Positions 60,138-64,000 of a DNA stretch of 64,000 bases are shown in pieces. This DNA is from Flavobacteriales bacterium. Lineage in GTDB: Bacteria; Bacteroidota; Bacteroidia; Flavobacteriales; UBA7312. Positions within the stretch are counted from its first letter, which is position 1. Each line of letters starts with the position of its first letter. Both the position numbers and the translations under genes were made by a program. The DNA lies in NCBI GenBank assembly GCA_049890095.1, contig JBMHCD010000005.1:92174-156173 (forward strand). The letters run 5' to 3'. The notes under the pieces were generated by a model that was given only the letters and a program-made list of their open reading frames with translations, did no database searches and was not told where the DNA came from.

Positions 60138-60457
60138 TGAAATTAGGAATTGTTTTATATAGTAAAGAAGCTGAAGTTGTTTTTAATGCGTTTAGACTTG
60201 CAAATTTTTCGTTGGATAAAAATGACGATGTATCTGTTTTTTTGCTAGCAGGTGGTGTTGAATTTGAAAAATTAGATAACGAACAATTTCCTATTATTGA
60301 TTTGGCGAATCAATTTTTAAATAAGTCAGGCAAAATTTTAGCTTGTGGAACATGTTTGAAATTAAGAAGCCAAATAAGTTCTGAGTTATGTCCAATTTCT
60401 ACAATGAGTGACTTATATGATTTAGTTAATGAATGTGATAAAACGATCTCTTTTTAA
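60137..60457 (+). CDS. DsrE/DsrF-like family protein
   Basis: The start is set at MKLGIVLYS, whose ATG overlaps the HMA gene stop as TAATG. About 106 aa. ACGTCLKLR Cys motif and no signal peptide. Confidence 0.65.
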   Translation: MKLGIVLYSKEAEVVFNAFRLANFSLDKNDDVSVFLLAGGVEFEKLDNEQFPIIDLANQFLNKSGKILACGTCLKLRSQISSELCPISTMSDLYDLVNECDKTISF

Positions 60458-60480
60458 TGTTACTTTTTTCAAAAATCATG

Positions 60481-60507
60481 ATGGCAGTTTTTGCCATTTT
60501 ATTTTTA
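60481..60507 (+). terminator. possible intrinsic terminator after the DsrE-like gene
   Basis: ATGGCA-GTTTT-TGCCAT followed by TTTATTTTT. The stem is short and AT-biased. Confidence 0.4.
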
Positions 60508-60548
60508 CTGATTGTACTATATCTTGTAAATAAACTCGATAATACAAA

Positions 60549-61448
60549 TTAGTGATCTTTTTTTATTGCTTTGAAAATACTGGCATTTAATTCAAAACCA
60601 ATTAACATTACAATAGCATTAAAATAAAGCCACAAAAGAATAATTATTAAAGTACCTATTGAGCCATACAGTTTATTGTATTGGTTAAAGTTTTCTATGT
60701 AGTAACCAAAGCCATAAGAGGTTAAGATAATGAAAATAGTAGCTAGTATAGCTCCTGGTGAAAATAACTTCCAGTCAGTCTTTTGAGATGGTCCAAATTG
60801 AAATAAAATTGAAATACCAATAAATAAACAACTCAATAATATAATCCATTTACCGATTACTATTATGGTTAAGGAGCTTGGATCTATGAATCCCCATTCT
60901 ATTAAATAAGCTCTAGCAATTTGAGTAAAAACAATCATCGAGATTGCTAAAATCAATATAAACGATAGAGAGATTGTAAGATTAAATGAAATGAGTCTTT
61001 GTTTCCAGACACTTCTTGTTTCTGTAATATGAAATGAACTATTAAACGCTTCCATCAAGGCATTTATGCTATTAGAAGAAAAATATAAAGCCATTAAAAA
61101 ACCAAATGAAAGTAATCCTCCTCTCGGGTGATTAATTATATCGTTTAGTGTTAAGAAAAAAGACTCATTAGTAGAAGGAGGTAGTACATCTGAAATAAGT
61201 CCCATTAAAATTTCCTGAAAATTTGTAATTGGGATATATGGTATAAGTGTAAAAAAGAAAATTAATGCTGGAAAAAAGGCAAGAAAGAAGTTAAATGCTA
61301 TGGATGATGCTCTTGTTGTTAATGAACCCTTTTCTATTCCTTCAATGAAAAAAATAGCTACCTGAAATAGATTCATTCCTCTAAAACCTGGTAAAATTAT
61401 TTTTTTACTCAAGTTAATTAAAAATAAAAAACGTTTTGTTGAAAACAT
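60549..61448 (-). CDS. YihY/BrkB-family membrane protein
   Basis: 299 aa, polytopic. The RASSIAFNFFLAFFPALIF motif is typical of the YihY (formerly RNase BN) family. Confidence 0.8.
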   Translation of the reverse strand: MFSTKRFLFLINLSKKIILPGFRGMNLFQVAIFFIEGIEKGSLTTRASSIAFNFFLAFFPALIFFFTLIPYIPITNFQEILMGLISDVLPPSTNESFFLTLNDIINHPRGGLLSFGFLMALYFSSNSINALMEAFNSSFHITETRSVWKQRLISFNLTISLSFILILAISMIVFTQIARAYLIEWGFIDPSSLTIIVIGKWIILLSCLFIGISILFQFGPSQKTDWKLFSPGAILATIFIILTSYGFGYYIENFNQYNKLYGSIGTLIIILLWLYFNAIVMLIGFELNASIFKAIKKDH

Positions 61449-62284
61449 TAAATGGCTTTTAAACTTAAGTCTAAACTGTTTATTGAGTGAGTTAGAGCCC
61501 CAACAGAAATAAAGTCAACTCCACATTCTGCATAGTTTTTAATTGTATGTTCATTTATATTACCAGAAGATTCGGTTGTGTACTGTTTATTAATTAAAGT
61601 TACGGCCTTCTTAGTATCTTCAATAGAAAAGTTGTCTAACATAATTCTATTTATTTTTCCAATTCTGAGAATTTCTTCAACTTCTGTTAGGTTACGTGCT
61701 TCTATTTCAATTGGGATATCAATTTTTTTCTTTTGTTGAAATAAAACAGCTTTATTGATAGCTTGTTCAATTCCACCAGCGAAATCTATATGATTGTCTT
61801 TAATCATCATCATGTCAAATAGTCCAAATCTGTGATTTACGCCTCCACCTATTTTTACAGCCATTTTTTCTAGTAATCTAAAATTTGGAGTAGTTTTTCG
61901 GGTATCTAAAATTTGGGTTTTTGTATGCTTTATTATTGAAAGAAAAAAATTAGTTTTTGTAGCAATAGCACTCATTCTTTGCATACAATTTAAAACGAGT
62001 CTTTCGGCAGATAGGATGGAGTTTGATGGTCCACTGACTTCAAGAACAATGTCACCCTTTTTAATCGGATCACCATCTTTCAAAAAACAATATATTTTAA
62101 TGGATTCATCTACTTTTTTAAAAATGTGTTTAGCAACTTCTATTCCTGCAATAATTCCGTTTTCTTTTACTAATAAAACTGCTTTACCTAAAGAGTTTTT
62201 ATTTATGCATGCTAAAGAGGTATAGTCACCAGGTCCTATGTCTTCATTTAAGGCTTCATTTATGAGCTTTTCTAAATCTTGCAT
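61448..62284 (-). CDS. nadC: nicotinate-nucleotide diphosphorylase (carboxylating)
   Basis: EDIGxGDxT N-terminus, RKTTPxxR, KDNH and MLDNF motifs. 278 aa. Confidence 0.9.
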   Translation of the reverse strand: MQDLEKLINEALNEDIGPGDYTSLACINKNSLGKAVLLVKENGIIAGIEVAKHIFKKVDESIKIYCFLKDGDPIKKGDIVLEVSGPSNSILSAERLVLNCMQRMSAIATKTNFFLSIIKHTKTQILDTRKTTPNFRLLEKMAVKIGGGVNHRFGLFDMMMIKDNHIDFAGGIEQAINKAVLFQQKKKIDIPIEIEARNLTEVEEILRIGKINRIMLDNFSIEDTKKAVTLINKQYTTESSGNINEHTIKNYAECGVDFISVGALTHSINSLDLSLKAI

Positions 62285-62343
62285 TTTCTATTTTTATCTA
62301 TTTAGTAAATTGATTAATATTGTGTTAAATTACAATCTTTTTT

Positions 62344-62817
62344 GTGAAAATAGAATTAATAATTGTTGGAAAAACAGATTCTTCTTGGATTCAAGATGGT
62401 TTTAATGTGTATAAAAAAAGATTATCACACTATATAAGTTTTAATACGGTTTTAATACCTAATCTGAAAAATCGAAAAAATTTATCGATTCAACAACAAA
62501 AAGATTTAGAAGGTAAACTCATTTTAAAGTATATTCAGCCAACAAATTTCGTAGTTTTGCTAGATGAAAAAGGTAAGTCATTAAGTTCCATAGATTTTTC
62601 TAATTTTTTACAGCAAAAAATGAATATAGGAACAAAGAAACTAGTTTTTGTTATAGGAGGTGCTTATGGTTTTTCTAAAGAAATATATGATGTATCTAAT
62701 CAACTATTTAGTTTGTCAAAAATGACTTTTTCGCATCAAATGATACGACCTTTTTTTGTTGAGCAGCTTTATCGTGCTTTCACCATTTTAAATAACGAAC
62801 CCTATCACCACGTATAA
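62344..62817 (+). CDS. rlmH: 23S rRNA (pseudouridine1915-N3)-methyltransferase
   Basis: 157 aa SPOUT protein with IGGAxG and LSLSxMTFxHQMxR motifs. GTG start. Confidence 0.9.
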   Translation: MKIELIIVGKTDSSWIQDGFNVYKKRLSHYISFNTVLIPNLKNRKNLSIQQQKDLEGKLILKYIQPTNFVVLLDEKGKSLSSIDFSNFLQQKMNIGTKKLVFVIGGAYGFSKEIYDVSNQLFSLSKMTFSHQMIRPFFVEQLYRAFTILNNEPYHHV

Positions 62818-63399
62818 ATGAAAATTGTATTCGCTACAAACAACCCAAATAAAGTAAAGGAAATTAAAGCTCTTTTGCCTGATTCTATTGAAATTTTGTC
62901 TCTAAAAGATATCAGTTGTAATGAAGAATTACCTGAAAATTGTGATACACTAGAAGATAATGCTACTCAAAAAGCTTATTATGTTTATGATAATTATGGG
63001 TATAACTGTTTTGCTGATGATAGTGGTTTAGAAATTGATGCATTGGAAGGACGCCCTGGCGTTTATTCTGCACGCTATGCTGGTCCGGATTGTGTTGCTA
63101 GTGATAATATAGATAAAGTATTAGACGAGTTAAATGGAGAGCAAAACAGAGATGCTTGTTTTAGAACAATTATTTCTTTAGTTATTGATGGTAATGAAGT
63201 TCAATTTGAAGGAAGTGTTGATGGTTATATTACCTCTGATCGACAAGGAGAGAAAGGATTTGGATATGATCCAATTTTTATCCCTGAAAATAGTTTAGTT
63301 AGTTATGCTCAAATGTCTATAAATAACAAAAATGAAATTAGCCATCGAAGTAAAGCTGTTAAAAAGTTAATTAAATATTTAAAAAGAAAATCCAGTTAA
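62818..63399 (+). CDS. rdgB: non-canonical purine NTP (dITP/XTP) pyrophosphatase, RdgB/HAM1 family
   Basis: ATNNxxKxxE, DDSGLxxDAL, GFGYDPIF and SHR motifs. Confidence 0.9.
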   Translation: MKIVFATNNPNKVKEIKALLPDSIEILSLKDISCNEELPENCDTLEDNATQKAYYVYDNYGYNCFADDSGLEIDALEGRPGVYSARYAGPDCVASDNIDKVLDELNGEQNRDACFRTIISLVIDGNEVQFEGSVDGYITSDRQGEKGFGYDPIFIPENSLVSYAQMSINNKNEISHRSKAVKKLIKYLKRKSS

Positions 63400-63404
63400 T
63401 TATT

Positions 63405-64000
63405 CTAGCTTTCTAATTCTATATCTAGTATCATTAATTTGTTTTTTCTTTTAATCTGACACGATATTTTTTGACCAGGGCTAAATTTTGTAATCTGCTC
63501 GTGTAGTTGACTAACTGAGTTTATTTCTGCTCCGTTAATTCCAACAATTATATCATATGCTTTAATTCCTGACTTTTTAGCGGCACCATCCTTCAAAATA
63601 TTTGTAATTAATACACCGTTAACTCCATCTAAGTCTAGTTGTTCGGCTATCTCTTGATTTATATTTGTAATATTTATACCTATGTAAGCTCTTTTTACTT
63701 CTCCATAATTTTTAAGGTCAGAAACAATTTTTTCAACCATATTAGATGGTATAGCAAAGCCATAGCCTGTGTATGATCCAGTATTAGATTGAATAGCAGT
63801 ATTTATACCTATTAAGTCGCCATTAGTGTTTACTAATGCACCACCAGAATTTCCAGGATTTATAGCAGCGTCAGTTTGAATAAAAGATTCTATACCGTTT
63901 TTTCTGTTTAAAATATTTATTGATCTGGCTTTAGCACTTATAATTCCTGCAGTAACTGTAGAGTTTAAATTAAAAGGATTTCCTACTGCTAGTACCCACT
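63405..64000 (-). CDS. HtrA/DegP-family serine protease, C-terminal part (5' end beyond the window edge)
   Basis: The reading frame stays open upstream of the ORF-track Met to the window end. My translation includes [16 protein letters not shown] (catalytic Ser context) followed by a PDZ domain ([29 protein letters not shown]). Confidence 0.8.
   Translation of the reverse strand, partial: WVLAVGNPFNLNSTVTAGIISAKARSINILNRKNGIESFIQTDAAINPGNSGGALVNTNGDLIGINTAIQSNTGSYTGYGFAIPSNMVEKIVSDLKNYGEVKRAYIGINITNINQEIAEQLDLDGVNGVLITNILKDGAAKKSGIKAYDIIVGINGAEINSVSQLHEQITKFSPGQKISCQIKRKNKLMILDIELES

Noticed and set aside
60478-60552. A 24-codon ORF (MMAVFAILFLLIVLYLVNKLDNTN) after the DsrE-like gene that might encode a small membrane peptide belonging to the metal module.
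   Set aside because: The same bases form the hairpin ATGGCA-GTTTT-TGCCAT followed by a T-tract, which is more simply read as the operon terminator. There is no promoter box or conservation evidence. It cannot be excluded without comparative data.

Overview
The window looks like chromosomal core DNA from a low-GC member of the Bacteroidota, probably Flavobacteriia. This is suggested by T9SS-type sorting tails, a Bat aerotolerance operon, TAnnTTTG promoter boxes and absent Shine-Dalgarno-like spacing. Coding density is high, with about 55 genes, and most are recognisable housekeeping genes: aroC, aroK, hutI/hutH/ftcD, rplS, trmD, rho, mpl, truA, priA, panB, dnaK, smpB, nadC, rlmD, rlmH, rdgB, rocD and two tRNAs. 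No CRISPR array, transposase, integrase or obvious defence island is visible. Four regions are the least ordinary. (1) At 33.4-41.5 kb, two intact choice-of-anchor-L surface proteins share an N-terminal domain but carry different T9SS sorting tails, and a deletion-derived remnant of a third copy lies between them. (2) At 57.2-60.5 kb, a tightly packed four-gene module combines a Cys-rich membrane protein, a TonB-dependent receptor, a secreted HMA protein and a DsrE-like protein; every product carries paired cysteines and the function is unknown. (3) At 45.5-47.6 kb, a 724-aa secreted protein combines a beta-rich domain, roughly 430 aa of coiled coil and a SPOR-like domain. (4) Exact TAnnTTTG boxes recur 3-27 nt upstream of start codons, implying many leaderless or near-leaderless mRNAs. 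Smaller observations include a frameshifted tail-fibre-domain gene, an in-frame (EQ)15 hexamer array in batC, a K/N-rich insertion in Rho and a DtxR-like operator. All family names come from motif recognition by eye. No database or HMM search was run.
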